Translations under genes and position numbers: made by a program
DNA from: Solirubrobacterales bacterium
GTDB taxonomy: Bacteria; Actinomycetota; Thermoleophilia; Solirubrobacterales; Solirubrobacteraceae
Reading direction: 5' to 3'
Length of the DNA stretch: 64,000 bases
Assembly: GCA_003244205.1 (NCBI GenBank)
Contig: QHBW01000089.1
Coordinates: 49-64,048, forward strand
Part shown: piece by piece, positions 41,383-51,202 of the stretch
How positions within the stretch are numbered: the first letter of the stretch is position 1
How the letters are laid out: each line of letters begins with the position of its first letter
Notes under the pieces: model-generated
Told to the model about the DNA's origin: nothing
Databases searched by the model: none
The model's input: only the letters and a program-made list of their open reading frames with translations

Positions 41383-42405
41383 ATGCCTTCGAGCTCGCAC
41401 CCCGTCGTCAGCCTGGACACCGCCGCCGCCCACCCCGATGTCCAGGCTGGACGTCCGGCCCTTGCGATCGGGCTCTCGCGCGTCGGCATCACCGGCGTGC
41501 GCAAGGTCATTCGCATCAGCCACAACGGCCTCGAGCAGCTCTATTCGGCCCGGATCGAGTGCTTCGTCGACCTCGGCCCGGCGCAGAAGGGCGCCCACAT
41601 GTCGCGCTTCGAGGAGGTTGTCAACGAGGCGATCGGCGAGGTCGTGCTGGGGGAGGCGCCGCTGCGCGCCGAGACGCTCGCCCAGCACATCGCCGAGCTC
41701 GTGCGCGAGCGCCAGCAGGCGCGCCGCGCCGAGGTCACGATCGACGCCACCTATCCGGAGCACAAGCCGGCGCCCGTGTCGGGCATCCTGACACAGGAGC
41801 TCTACGAGCTGCACGGCTCCGCGGTCAGCTCCGCGGCGGGCACGCGGCGGCTGGTCGGGGTCTCGGCCCAGGGCATGACAGCGTGCCCGTGCGCTCAGGG
41901 CTTCGTCGAGACCGGCGCCCGGGATCGGCTCGCCGCCGAGGGCTTCGATCCCGACACGATCGACCGCATCATCGACGCGGTGCCGGTGGCGACTCACAAC
42001 CAGCGCGGCCTCGGCACGTTGCTGATCGGATGCCCCGAGGGCTGCGAGGACGTGGAGCTCGACGCCGCCGTCCTGCTCGCGATCGTCGAGGACTCGATGT
42101 CCTCGGAGATCTACGAGCTGATGAAGCGCTCAGACGAGGCGGCGGTGGTCGAGAAGGCCCACCGCCGCCCCCGTTTCGTCGAGGACTGCGTCCGCGAGAT
42201 GATCGGCGGTGTGCTCGAACGCCTCCCCGTCCTCACCGACGGCGCCTTCGTCTCGGCCCGCCAGGAGAACCTCGAGACGATCCACCAGCACAACGTCGTG
42301 GCCGAGCGCTTCGGGCTCCTGGGCGAGCTGCGCAGAGAGGTGCTCAACGGCGGCGAGTCGCCGGCGCATCACACCTCGATGCGCGAGTGGCTCGACGGCG
42401 CCTAG
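41383..42405 (+). CDS. folE2: GTP cyclohydrolase IB (FolE2/MptA family)
   Basis: Frame of ORF 41272..42405 from ATG 41383. GITGVRKVIRI, QKGAHMSRF, GMTACPCAQ, THNQRG and the ENLETIHQHN context are present. Confidence 0.85.
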   Translation: MPSSSHPVVSLDTAAAHPDVQAGRPALAIGLSRVGITGVRKVIRISHNGLEQLYSARIECFVDLGPAQKGAHMSRFEEVVNEAIGEVVLGEAPLRAETLAQHIAELVRERQQARRAEVTIDATYPEHKPAPVSGILTQELYELHGSAVSSAAGTRRLVGVSAQGMTACPCAQGFVETGARDRLAAEGFDPDTIDRIIDAVPVATHNQRGLGTLLIGCPEGCEDVELDAAVLLAIVEDSMSSEIYELMKRSDEAAVVEKAHRRPRFVEDCVREMIGGVLERLPVLTDGAFVSARQENLETIHQHNVVAERFGLLGELRREVLNGGESPAHHTSMREWLDGA

Positions 42406-42415
42406 CCGTCCCGAG

Positions 42416-42991
42416 CTAGGGCCCGGAGTCCGCGGCTCGCTGCTCGCGGCGGTGCTTCGCGGCCTCGAGCCGGTTGCGCAACCCGAAGGCGTAGTCGGCG
42501 CCGGAGAGCACTGTGACGACCACGGTCGCATAGACGAGCGCGGTCAGCCACGCGGGCTGCGGTCCGGGCACGGCGATCAGCGAGAGCACCATCGCCACCT
42601 GCAGCGCCGTCTTGGCCTTGCCGAAGTTGCCCACGGCCATGATCACGCCGGACTGGGCCGCCGCCATCCGCAACCCGGTGACGGCGAACTCCCGCGCGAC
42701 AACGACCATCGCGACCCACGCGGCGACGCGGTTGAGCGACACGAGCGCCATCAGCGCAGCGATGATCAGCAGCTTGTCGGCCAGCGGATCCAGCACCTTT
42801 CCGAAGCTCGTGATCGACATGCGCGAGCGCGCGAGCCGGCCGTCGAGCAGATCGGTGAGCGAGGCGACCACGAAGACGATCGCCGCGAACAGGTCGCCGT
42901 TGGGCGTCTTGTCGAGCAGCGCCACGACGAGCACAGGCACGAGCAGGATGCGCGCGACGGTGAGGACGTTGGGCAGGTTGAGCGGGAACAC
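42416..42991 (-). CDS. pgsA: CDP-diacylglycerol--glycerol-3-phosphate 3-phosphatidyltransferase
   Basis: GTG 42991. NLPNVLTVARILLVP and the CDP-alcohol motif DLLDGRLAR...GKVLDPLADK are present. Confidence 0.85.
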   Translation of the reverse strand: MFPLNLPNVLTVARILLVPVLVVALLDKTPNGDLFAAIVFVVASLTDLLDGRLARSRMSITSFGKVLDPLADKLLIIAALMALVSLNRVAAWVAMVVVAREFAVTGLRMAAAQSGVIMAVGNFGKAKTALQVAMVLSLIAVPGPQPAWLTALVYATVVVTVLSGADYAFGLRNRLEAAKHRREQRAADSGP

Positions 42992-43026
42992 GGTCGCCCC
43001 TACGCTACCCGCCCAGGCCCGGCTGG

Positions 43027-43638
43027 CTACTGCTGGGAGCAGATCTTCTGCAGTGCTGTTGCAACCGCGGCGTCGCGCGGGTAATAGACGCCGTAGTCCT
43101 TGGTGACCGAGACCGCGAGGCCCGCGGGGGTGACGCCCGGACACGACTGCGGGTTGTCAACCAGCCAGCCGCGCACGAGCCCCTCGCGTGTGCTCTCGGT
43201 GTACGTCTGCCAGGCGTTGCCGCTGACGGCGCTGGCGTTCGCCCCGCCCGTCTCGGGCGCGGACTGCGGGACCTGCGCCCCGCCCGTGTTGGCGGGGGGT
43301 GACGGCGGGGAGGAAGAAGAAGAAGGAGTTGTCGAGCCCTCAGCCGGGGCCGCTGCCGACGGAGCAGTGGCCGTGGACGGTGTCGTGGAGGGGTCAGGCG
43401 CGGTCGGGCTCGACGCAGGTGCCGTCGACTCGCTGGACGGCAGCCGCGACGCCGCGCCCGCGCTCGCCGGCGGGGCGGCCGCCGGCGGGGGCGAGACGGC
43501 CGGGCTCGACGCTGGTTTGCCTGTGTTTCCACAACCGGCGGAGCCGACGACGGCAAGAAGCGCCCAGGCGAGCAGCGCCGAGCGCCAGCGCAGGCGGCGG
43601 CGGACGCGGCGGGCACGGCTGGCGCGGCGCAAGGTCAT
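43027..43638 (-). CDS. lipoprotein with Pro/Ser/Ala-rich linker and small C-terminal globular domain
   Basis: Starts at ATG 43638: [37 protein letters not shown] (lipobox). The C-terminus is [26 protein letters not shown]... Confidence 0.6.
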   Translation of the reverse strand: MTLRRASRARRVRRRLRWRSALLAWALLAVVGSAGCGNTGKPASSPAVSPPPAAAPPASAGAASRLPSSESTAPASSPTAPDPSTTPSTATAPSAAAPAEGSTTPSSSSSPPSPPANTGGAQVPQSAPETGGANASAVSGNAWQTYTESTREGLVRGWLVDNPQSCPGVTPAGLAVSVTKDYGVYYPRDAAVATALQKICSQQ

Positions 43639-43729
43639 GGGCTCGCATTCGCGCAGAGTGCCCCGTTCCCTGCCGCCGGCAGGTCGCGAGCCGCGGGCCG
43701 GCGAGCGCCGATGTGCAACGCTTGCGGCG

Positions 43730-44311
43730 ATGCCTCTCGTCCCGATGGTGATCGAGCGCAGTGCGCGCGGCGAGCGCGAGTACGACCTCTTCTCGCGGCT
43801 ACTCAACGAGCGCATCGTCTTCCTCGGCAGCGAGGTGGACGACCAGGTCGCCAACCTGATCGTCGCCCAGCTGCTGCATCTCGAGTCCGTCGACCCCGAG
43901 AAGGACATCTCGCTCTACATCAACTCCCCCGGCGGAGGGATCTACGCTGGGCTCGCGATCTACGACACGATGCAGTTCATCAAGCCCGACGTGCAGACGA
44001 TCTGCTTCGGGATGGCGATGTCGATGGGGTCGCTGCTGCTGACGGGCGGCGCCAAGGGCAAGCGGCTCTCGCTGCCCAATTCGCGCATCCTGATCCACCA
44101 GCCCTCGGCGGGCTTCGAGGGCCAGTCGACCGAGATCGAGATCCACGCGCGCGAGATCCTCAACACGCGCCGGCGGATCGACGAGATCTACTCCAAGCAC
44201 ACCGGCCAGACGGTCGAACAGGTCAACCGCGACATGGAGCGCGACCGCTTCTACAAGCCCGCTGAGGCCGTCGAGTACGGCTTGATCGACCGCATCATTG
44301 CTTCGCACTGA
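43730..44311 (+). CDS. clpP: ATP-dependent Clp protease proteolytic subunit
   Basis: Starts at ATG 43730: [33 protein letters not shown] (catalytic Ser), IHQP (His) and RDMERDRF (Asp) are present. Confidence 0.95.
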   Translation: MPLVPMVIERSARGEREYDLFSRLLNERIVFLGSEVDDQVANLIVAQLLHLESVDPEKDISLYINSPGGGIYAGLAIYDTMQFIKPDVQTICFGMAMSMGSLLLTGGAKGKRLSLPNSRILIHQPSAGFEGQSTEIEIHAREILNTRRRIDEIYSKHTGQTVEQVNRDMERDRFYKPAEAVEYGLIDRIIASH

Positions 44312-44340
44312 GGCGGGCGGCAGCGGGCGTTAGCGCAGAT

Positions 44341-44402
44341 GCCGCGTATGCGTTGTCGGGCGCCTTAAACGGCAAGAAGACGCCCGCCACCGCATACGCG
44401 GC
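44341..44402. terminator. bidirectional terminator-like hairpin between convergent clpP and FAH genes
   Basis: The 12-bp perfect arms are GCCGCGTATGCG (44341-44352) and CGCATACGCGGC (44391-44402), with further inner pairing (GTCGGGCG / CGCCCG..AC). Confidence 0.5.
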
Positions 44403-44420
44403 CCCTAGCCCCACAACCCG

Positions 44421-45206
44421 TCAGGCCACTTTATGTTCGATGGCGCCTAGGCGTTCGATCTCGATGCGGATTGTGTCGCCGGAGGAGAGGAAGCGGCGCG
44501 GGTCCATCGACATCCCCACACCGCTCGGGGTGCCGGTGAGGATGAGGTCGCCGGCGCGCAAGCTGTGGGTCTCCGAAAGAAATTGGACCAGCTCTTCGAT
44601 CCCGAAAATCAGGTCCGAAGTGCGCGCGTCCTGGCGCTGCTCGCCGTTGACCCACGTCTGCAGGCGCAGGTCGCCGGGATCGGGGACCTCGTCGGCGGTC
44701 GTGATCCACGGCCCGTAGGGGCAGAAGCTGTCGGCGCCCTTGGCGCGGGTCCACTGCGGCTCTGAGCCCTGCAGGTCGCGGGCGGTGACGTCGTCGGCGA
44801 CGCAGTAGCCGCCGACCGCGCCACCCGCGCCGATGACGACCACCAGCTCGCCCTCGTAGTCGAGCCGTCGCACTACGGCGGGGCAGCGCACCGGGCCGCC
44901 CGGCGGCGCCACCGCGGTCGGCACCTTGGTGAAGACGATCGGCTGCGCCGGCGGGTCGACCCCCTGCTCGCGCGCATGCGAGGCGTAGTTGAGCCCGATC
45001 CCGTAGATCGCTCCGGGGTCGGGGACAGGGGCCAGCAGGGTGATCGCCTCGAGCGCGTACTCCGTTCCGTCGGCGATGCCCAGCTCTCCGCCAGCGAGCA
45101 GCTGCTTGACGGTGACATGCTCGGCGAAGGAGACCACGCGTCCGTCGCGGACCTCCCCCGCGAGGGGCTGCTCGGCGTCGGGGGCAAGGAAGGTGGCGAG
45201 GCGCAC
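44421..45206 (-). CDS. fumarylacetoacetate hydrolase (FAH) family protein
   Basis: GTG 45206 (VRLATFLAP...). GIGLNYASHA, LDYEGELVVVIG, DVTARD and the GTPSGVG context are present. Confidence 0.85.
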   Translation of the reverse strand: MRLATFLAPDAEQPLAGEVRDGRVVSFAEHVTVKQLLAGGELGIADGTEYALEAITLLAPVPDPGAIYGIGLNYASHAREQGVDPPAQPIVFTKVPTAVAPPGGPVRCPAVVRRLDYEGELVVVIGAGGAVGGYCVADDVTARDLQGSEPQWTRAKGADSFCPYGPWITTADEVPDPGDLRLQTWVNGEQRQDARTSDLIFGIEELVQFLSETHSLRAGDLILTGTPSGVGMSMDPRRFLSSGDTIRIEIERLGAIEHKVA

Positions 45207-45229
45207 GGGCGAGCCGCAGGCTAGATCAT

Positions 45230-45931
45230 TTGAGCCCGATGCCCGATCGCCCGAAACGCTATGGCGACCGCCGCCGCCAGCGCGACAAGCCCCTGGCAAT
45301 CCGATTCACTGCCGACGATCATGACTTGCTCGGCTGGATCGGCAGGGTCGGCGCCGTTCAGACGGTGCACGTCATGGCCCGCTCTGGCCGCGATCGCCGA
45401 CCCGTGGGCCTTACTTTGCAACGGCTCGCCGAGAACGGGTTCCTCACCAGCGCGCGGCTGCTGTCCGACACGGGTCCCCTATTCGTGGCCACTCGCAGCG
45501 GATTGACGATCGCGGGGCTCGAGTACCTCAACCCCGCCGAGATCTCGATTGAGTCAGCCCACCACCAGATCGCTGTGGCCTGGCTCGCGCTCGAACTCGA
45601 GCGCGAGCACAGCGCCGACCACCTCATCTTTGAACGCGAGCTGCGCGCCGATCCGGGGCATTGGGCGGCGCTTCGCCACCGTCCAGACTGCGTGATCGAG
45701 ACCAGCGCGGACCGCGGCATCGCGATCGAGGTCGAGCTCTCGATCAAGAGCCCGGCCAGGCTCGACGACATCATGCGCGCCTACGCCGGATCCCCCGCGG
45801 TCGACGCTGTCCGCTATTACGCCGGAAACGAGCGCGTCCGCCGCGCGCTCAGCAACGCCGTCGCAAGGACCGGAAGCGAGGCCCTGGTCGAGATTCGCCG
45901 CTGGGAGCGGGGCTTGCGCGCCGGCCGCTAG
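45230..45931 (+). CDS. replication-relaxation family protein (PF13814-like)
   Basis: ORF 45230..45931. It has a wHTH-like N-terminus (LLGWIGRVGAVQTVHVMARSG...LQRLAENGFL) and HHQIAVAWLALELE...PDCVIE...IAIEVELS, which is a restriction-endonuclease-like fold pattern. Confidence 0.6.
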   Translation: MSPMPDRPKRYGDRRRQRDKPLAIRFTADDHDLLGWIGRVGAVQTVHVMARSGRDRRPVGLTLQRLAENGFLTSARLLSDTGPLFVATRSGLTIAGLEYLNPAEISIESAHHQIAVAWLALELEREHSADHLIFERELRADPGHWAALRHRPDCVIETSADRGIAIEVELSIKSPARLDDIMRAYAGSPAVDAVRYYAGNERVRRALSNAVARTGSEALVEIRRWERGLRAGR

Positions 45932-45949
45932 AGGCGGATGATCTCGTGA

Positions 45950-47506
45950 ATGCTGGGCTATCTCGTCGCCGCGGGGGCGGCGCTGCCGGCGGGCTTCGCC
46001 GGCGCCCTCGCGCTGTCCTGGCGCCATTTGCGCTGGACCTGGTCGCTGCCGCTCGCCGCGCTCGGCTTACTCGCGCTCGCCGCCGGGGGCGGACCCTGGG
46101 CCGTGTGGCTGACGCTCGCGTCGATGCTCGCGGGCAGGTGGGCTTTCAGGCGCCACCGGGCCGCACTCGAGCGCGGCGGCGACGCCGCGCGCGCGGAGGA
46201 CAGCGCGATCGGGCCGTGGGATCTGCTGCGCCAGCACACCAACGGCGCAGCGCACAACGGATCCCAAGCGCAGGACAGCTTCTGCCTCGGCCACGACGAC
46301 CGCGGGCACCCCGTGTGGGTCCGGCTGGGATTGGCGGCCGCGCGGCACTTCGTGATCCTCGGCGCAACGGGCTCGGGCAAGACGACCGCGATGGTGAACG
46401 TCCTCTGCGCCCACATCCGCGCGGGGCTGGCGGTGATCGTGATCGACGGCAAGGGCTCGCGTCCGCTGCGCGATCGGCTGGCCGCGCAGGCCGCCACGCT
46501 GGGGCGCGAGTTCATCTGCTGGACGCCCGACGGCGGCGCCCGCTGGAACCCGCTCGCGGGGGTATCGGCTCGCGACGTCGCCGATCTGATGCTCGCCACG
46601 CAACGCTTCAGCGAGCCGCATTACGAGGCGCTCTACCGGCGCTACCTGCACGCGGTGACGCGCTGCCTCGCCGAGACGTGTGCGGGGGCACCGACGCTGC
46701 GCGACGTGATCGCTCTGCTCGAGCCCGACGCGCTCGTGCGTGCCGCGCGTGATGTGGTTGACGCGGGCAAGCGCGCCGAGCTGCTCGCGTATGCCGAGGG
46801 CCTGACGCCCAGCCAGCGTCGCGACCTGCGCGGCCTGGCAGATCGGTTCGCGGTGGTGCTCGAGGCGGGTCCGGGGGAATGGTTGCTGCCCGGAGGGGAC
46901 GGCGATGCGACGCCGGAGATCGACCTCGACCACGTGACGTCGACCGGCGCGGTCGTCTACGTCGGACTCGATGGGCTGCGCTTCCCCGACTTCGCGCGCG
47001 TGCTGGGAACGCTGATGGCCGGCGCGCTGCAGGCCTACTGCGGACAGGTGCAGGCTGGCCGGATCGCGCGGCGTCCGTTCATGATCGCGATCGACGAGTT
47101 CTCACTCGTCTCCGCTGAGATCGTCGCCAATCTCTACGAGCTGACCCGCGAAGCCGCGGCGGGGTCGATGGTGCTCGCCACCCAGGAGATGGCCAATCTG
47201 CGCAAGGTGGCCGCCGGCTTCATGGAGCGGATCCTCGCCAACTATCAGTGCCTCATCGCGCTGCGCCAGAACAACCCCGACTCGGCCGACTTCCTCGCCC
47301 GCAGCGCTGGCACCGAGGACGCGCGCAACGGTCGGGGGCGCGAATTCCTGCAGGGCCCCGACGACTTCCTCCGGCTCGCGAACGGTCACGCCGTGCTGAT
47401 CGACAAGGACCCGATTCGCAGCGTGCGGCTCGCGGTCGTCGATGCGGGACCGGCCGCGGAGGCATCCCCGGTTCAGGGCGCCGTCACGCGCTCGGCGCCG
47501 CTGTAG
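45950..47506 (+). CDS. type IV secretion coupling protein-like ATPase (TraD/VirD4/TraG family)
   Basis: ORF 45950..47506. It has two N-terminal TM helices, Walker A ILGATGSGKT, Walker B FMIAIDEF and the MVLATQEMANL context. Confidence 0.75.
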   Translation: MLGYLVAAGAALPAGFAGALALSWRHLRWTWSLPLAALGLLALAAGGGPWAVWLTLASMLAGRWAFRRHRAALERGGDAARAEDSAIGPWDLLRQHTNGAAHNGSQAQDSFCLGHDDRGHPVWVRLGLAAARHFVILGATGSGKTTAMVNVLCAHIRAGLAVIVIDGKGSRPLRDRLAAQAATLGREFICWTPDGGARWNPLAGVSARDVADLMLATQRFSEPHYEALYRRYLHAVTRCLAETCAGAPTLRDVIALLEPDALVRAARDVVDAGKRAELLAYAEGLTPSQRRDLRGLADRFAVVLEAGPGEWLLPGGDGDATPEIDLDHVTSTGAVVYVGLDGLRFPDFARVLGTLMAGALQAYCGQVQAGRIARRPFMIAIDEFSLVSAEIVANLYELTREAAAGSMVLATQEMANLRKVAAGFMERILANYQCLIALRQNNPDSADFLARSAGTEDARNGRGREFLQGPDDFLRLANGHAVLIDKDPIRSVRLAVVDAGPAAEASPVQGAVTRSAPL

Positions 47507-48249
47507 ACGTTCACGCGGCCCGCGCGCGCGAAACCGCAGAGGGTGATCCCCTGCTCGGCGGCCAAGGAGACCGCGAGCGACGTTGGGGCGCCGACGCCGA
47601 CGAGGAACGGCGCGCCCGCGAGCGCCGCCTTCTGCACGAGCTCGAACGCCAGCCGGCCGCTGACGCAGAGGATGCGGCCCGCGAGCGGCAGCCGCCCCGC
47701 TCGCAGCTCATGGCCGATCGCCTTGTCCATCGCGTTGTGGCGGCCGACGTCCTCGCGTACCAGCTCGAGCTCGCCGTCCGCGCTGAAGACCCCGGTCGCG
47801 TGCAGCCCGCCGGTGCGCTTGAAGCCGGGCTGGACGAGGCGGTCGGGGAGCGCCGCCAGCAGCGAGCGCGAGACGCGCAGCTCCGAGACGACCGCGGCGG
47901 CGACCGAGGCCACCTCGGCGAGCGCTCCCTTGCCGCAGACCCCGCACGACGAGGACAGATAGAAGTCACGCCTCGCCGGCTCGCGCACCAGCGGGCCACG
48001 CACCTCCACCGTGTTGGCGGCGAGGTCGGCGGTGGGGCCAGCGCCCGTCCATTTCCTTATCAATCCCTCCCCGAAGAGGAACCCCGCCGCGAGCTCCTCG
48101 TCGTGGCCCGGCGTGCGCATCGTGACCGCCACGGGGCGACCGTCGACGCGGATCTCGAGCGGCTCCTCGACGGCGACCTCGTCGTCGAGGCCGGCGTGGC
48201 GCACGGCGGCGAGCTGGCCGCGCGTGTGGACGGAGACCGGGGTCGCCAC
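47473..48249 (-). CDS. fdhD: formate dehydrogenase accessory sulfurtransferase
   Basis: ORF 47473..48249. [31 protein letters not shown] and [10 protein letters not shown] are present. Confidence 0.9.
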   Translation of the reverse strand: MATPVSVHTRGQLAAVRHAGLDDEVAVEEPLEIRVDGRPVAVTMRTPGHDEELAAGFLFGEGLIRKWTGAGPTADLAANTVEVRGPLVREPARRDFYLSSSCGVCGKGALAEVASVAAAVVSELRVSRSLLAALPDRLVQPGFKRTGGLHATGVFSADGELELVREDVGRHNAMDKAIGHELRAGRLPLAGRILCVSGRLAFELVQKAALAGAPFLVGVGAPTSLAVSLAAEQGITLCGFARAGRVNVYSGAERVTAP

Positions 48250-48296
48250 GCCTTGAAGGATGCCCGACCGCGGCGGCCGGTGTCAGGCGCGCCTTG

Positions 48297-49187
48297 TCAT
48301 GCGCCGGGGCTGGCGCCGCCGGCGATCTGCGTGACCGGCGACTGCTTCGGCGCCGCGCCGGCGCCCTGACCGCTGAGTGCGCTGTGACGACCGCGGGCGG
48401 AGGTGTGGGTCGCGGGCGGGGCGCTGGAGGGGATGTGCGTGCCGGGCGGGTAGACGGTCACCACCTGGTTGAGGTATTCGTTGCCGGGGTCGGTGGGGCT
48501 TGCTGGCGGGGAGCGGTAGACGTCGACGTGGCGCCCGACGATCGCCCCTCCCGTGTCCACGGCGGTGAACCAGCCGCGCCCAACCGTGTTGCGGTAGGCG
48601 GCGATGTAGAGCAGCGATCCGAGCGGGATCACGCTCGGGTCCACGGCGACGGTGCGATAGGCGGAGAACGGGACCGACGAGCCCGGCGCGAAGCTGACGC
48701 CCGCAGGCGGCGCAATCGCGCTGACGCCCGCGCCGTTGCTCCAGCCGCCGGCCTGCAGCGGATAGGTGAGCTGGTGGTGCGCGTTGCGCCAATAGCCGCC
48801 CGAACGCCACACCGGGGGACCGTTGGAGAAGCCGCTGCTGGCGTCGGTGGACTGCAGCGCCGCGTTGACCCAGCCCCCAGCGCCGAGATTGTCGATGTGG
48901 TAGTGGCGCCCGTCGAGGCCGATCCCGTCGCCCTCCATCGAAACCCCCGTGGCGGAGTAGAGCCAGTCCACGCGATGCCTTCCTGGCAGCCCCGAGGTGT
49001 TCACGAGCGCGCCCTTGAACCACGACTCGGGGACGGAGAAGTACTCGGTCAGCTGCACCCCGTGCAGCGTCGTGGGCTTCGACAGCGGGCGCGCGGCGGC
49101 GCTCGCCGGGAGCGCAGCAAGCGCAAGGCAGCTCACGACCACCGCGATCCGCCGGGCCGCGCTCGCGCGCGATCTGGTTGAGCGCAT
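48297..49187 (-). CDS. secreted 3D-domain protein (MltA/RlpA-like double-psi beta-barrel)
   Basis: ATG 49187 (MRSTRSRASAARRIAVVVSCLALAALPASAAA). RTVAVDPSVIPLGSLLYI...FTAVDTGGAIVGRHVDVY is present. Confidence 0.75.
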   Translation of the reverse strand: MRSTRSRASAARRIAVVVSCLALAALPASAAARPLSKPTTLHGVQLTEYFSVPESWFKGALVNTSGLPGRHRVDWLYSATGVSMEGDGIGLDGRHYHIDNLGAGGWVNAALQSTDASSGFSNGPPVWRSGGYWRNAHHQLTYPLQAGGWSNGAGVSAIAPPAGVSFAPGSSVPFSAYRTVAVDPSVIPLGSLLYIAAYRNTVGRGWFTAVDTGGAIVGRHVDVYRSPPASPTDPGNEYLNQVVTVYPPGTHIPSSAPPATHTSARGRHSALSGQGAGAAPKQSPVTQIAGGASPGA

Positions 49188-49255
49188 CGCAGCAGGGTAG
49201 ACGGGTGCGCCGGCGTGCTCAAGCAGCGGGCGTCGCCGTGCGACGGTGGTGGGCC

Positions 49256-50035
49256 TCAGACGAACTTCGGATAGAGCGTCATGCCGCCGTCGACGAACAG
49301 CGTCGTGCCGGTGACGTAGGCGGCCTCGCCGGAGGCGAGCCAGGAGATCGCCGAGGCGATCTCCTCGGGCTGGCCGAGGCGTCCGATCGGGATCTCGGAC
49401 TCCACGGCCGCGCGCTGCTTGGGGTCGTCGATCAGGTTCTGGTTGATCGGGGTGAGGATCGCTCCGGGGGCGACTGAGAGGACGCGAATGCCGTGGGGGG
49501 CCAGCTCGTAGGCGATCGTCTCGGTGAACATCTTCATCCCGCCCTTGCTGGCGCAGTAGTGGCTGAACATGCGCCAGGGGATGTGCTCGTGGACGGAGGA
49601 GACATTGACGATCGTCCCCGGCTTGTTGGCCTGGCGCAGGGCGCGCGCGGTCTCGCGCGAGCAGAGATAGGGCCCGGTGAGGTTGATCGAGATCACCCTG
49701 TTCCATTCTTCGAGCGGCATGTCCACGAGCTCGTAGGGGTGCTCGACGCCGGCGTTGTTGACAAGCAGGTCGATCGGGCCGCCGAGCTGGTCGGCGGCCT
49801 GGGCGAACATCTGCTGGACCTGCTGCTCGTTGGAGACGTCGGCTTCGAGGGCGACGGCCGTGCCACCGTGGTCGGCAATCTCGGAGGCCAGCTGATCGGC
49901 GGGCCCCGATGGACCGATGTAGTTGACGACGACCGCCGCGCCATCGGCCGCGAGCCGCTGGACGGCGGCCTTGCCGATGCCGGTAGAGCCGCCGGTGACG
50001 AGGGCGCGGCGGCCGTGGTGGCGCGGGTCGGACAT
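49256..50035 (-). CDS. SDR family oxidoreductase (glucose 1-dehydrogenase / FabG-like)
   Basis: ORF 49256..50035. TGGSTGIGKA, NNAG, SSVHE and YCASKGG are present. Confidence 0.9.
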   Translation of the reverse strand: MSDPRHHGRRALVTGGSTGIGKAAVQRLAADGAAVVVNYIGPSGPADQLASEIADHGGTAVALEADVSNEQQVQQMFAQAADQLGGPIDLLVNNAGVEHPYELVDMPLEEWNRVISINLTGPYLCSRETARALRQANKPGTIVNVSSVHEHIPWRMFSHYCASKGGMKMFTETIAYELAPHGIRVLSVAPGAILTPINQNLIDDPKQRAAVESEIPIGRLGQPEEIASAISWLASGEAAYVTGTTLFVDGGMTLYPKFV

Positions 50036-50141
50036 GGCGCGGAGCGTACCTCGCTACGATGCGTGTTGCCGACATCCTCCTGTCGGCCTTGAGCATCCCT
50101 TCGACGGGTCCGTCGCTCGTGAGCGCGGGCCCGTCGTCGCG

Positions 50142-50711
50142 TCACCTGTGTTCGCTTTGCGGTGAGGCGATCGCGTCGCGCAGCGCCAGCTCGGTCGACC
50201 AGAATGCCAGCTGCGCCCAGGGGAGCTCGTCGACGGCGAACGCCTGCACCTCGACGGCCTCCGCGGTTGTTTGGGGCTCGCCGAGGGCGCGCGCCGCGTA
50301 GACGATCAGCACGACGCGTTCGTCGGTGCGCGAGTAGACGCCGACAAGCTCGCCGAGCTCGATCTCGAGCTCGAGCTCCTCGCGCGTCTCCCGGCGGGCG
50401 GCGTCGGGCACAGATTCTCCGAGATCGACGAAGCCGCCGGGGAAGGTCCAGCGGTTCGCTCCCGGCGCGGTCGCGTGCGGCGGCCGGCGCAGCAGCCAGA
50501 TGCGTCCGTCGTCGGCGCGGGGGATCGCCGACACCACGGGCTTCGGGTTGTAGTAGGCGCGGTAGCCGCAGCTCGGGCAGCCGATCGAGCGCGGGTAGGC
50601 GACATCGGCGGGGGACGCGCAGCGCGGGCAGAAGCGGACGTCGTCGAGCGCGGGGTTGAGCCCGGGTTCGGGTGTCAGCTCTGGCGGGTCGTTGCGCTCT
50701 GGCTGGTCCAT
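50142..50711 (-). CDS. NUDIX hydrolase with N-terminal zinc ribbon
   Basis: ATG 50711. It has CPRC...CPSCG and the Nudix box GGFVDLGESVPDAARRETREELELE. Confidence 0.8.
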   Translation of the reverse strand: MDQPERNDPPELTPEPGLNPALDDVRFCPRCASPADVAYPRSIGCPSCGYRAYYNPKPVVSAIPRADDGRIWLLRRPPHATAPGANRWTFPGGFVDLGESVPDAARRETREELELEIELGELVGVYSRTDERVVLIVYAARALGEPQTTAEAVEVQAFAVDELPWAQLAFWSTELALRDAIASPQSEHR

Positions 50712-51169
50712 GGCCCCGAGCCACCCACGCGCTCGATCGCGATGCGCACGACCCACCCGGGCGGCGGGTCGTCCATGGGCGGGAACTTCACTTCCGGGCC
50801 GAGGTAGACGTGGGCGAGGCGCTGGAGCAGCTCGGGACCGCCACCCTCGGTCACGCGGCCGTTGCCGTGCACGACGAGGTAGTTGCGCAGGCCGAGCTGG
50901 TTGGTCCCTTGCGCCTCGAGCGACAAGGAGACCCGCGGATCACGGCGGATGTTCTCCAGCTTTCGCCGGGGTCCGAGCGAGGCGCAAACGATCTCGTCGT
51001 GCTCGAGGCCGACCCAGACACAGCTGACTTGCGGGCGGCCGTCGGCCTCCAGCGTGACGAGGTGGGCGAGGGCGTCGCTCTCGAGCACGGCGCGGGCGGA
51101 GTCGGGGAGAGCGGCCACTCTCGGGATCCTATGGATCGCGGGCGGCTCGGGGGACGGTCGGGAGGTCAT
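50675..51169 (-). CDS. PPOX-class (pyridoxamine 5'-phosphate oxidase-like) probable F420-dependent enzyme
   Basis: ORF 50675..51169. AHLVTLEADGRPQVSCVWVG...NIRRDPRVSLSL is present. Confidence 0.8.
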   Translation of the reverse strand: MTSRPSPEPPAIHRIPRVAALPDSARAVLESDALAHLVTLEADGRPQVSCVWVGLEHDEIVCASLGPRRKLENIRRDPRVSLSLEAQGTNQLGLRNYLVVHGNGRVTEGGGPELLQRLAHVYLGPEVKFPPMDDPPPGWVVRIAIERVGGSGPWTSQSATTRQS

Positions 51170-51202
51170 CGTTAGGTCCCCTATTTCGACCTAACGATGA
51201 GT

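Larger units (their letters stand above)
45230..47506 (+). mobile_element. two-gene remnant or minimal module of conjugative-element type (replication-relaxation protein plus type IV coupling protein)
   Basis: See the two CDS below. No integrase, relaxase, VirB4 or flanking repeats were recognised. Confidence 0.4.

Noticed and set aside
43730-44311. Missing clpX or second clpP next to clpP as an anomaly
   Set aside because: clpX and clpP2 are frequently encoded elsewhere. The window gives no evidence of loss.
48297-50096. A single 599-aa protein
   Set aside because: Only the C-terminal 296 aa (from ATG 49187) are a coherent secreted 3D-domain protein. The upstream part is a shadow frame over the SDR gene 49256..50035.
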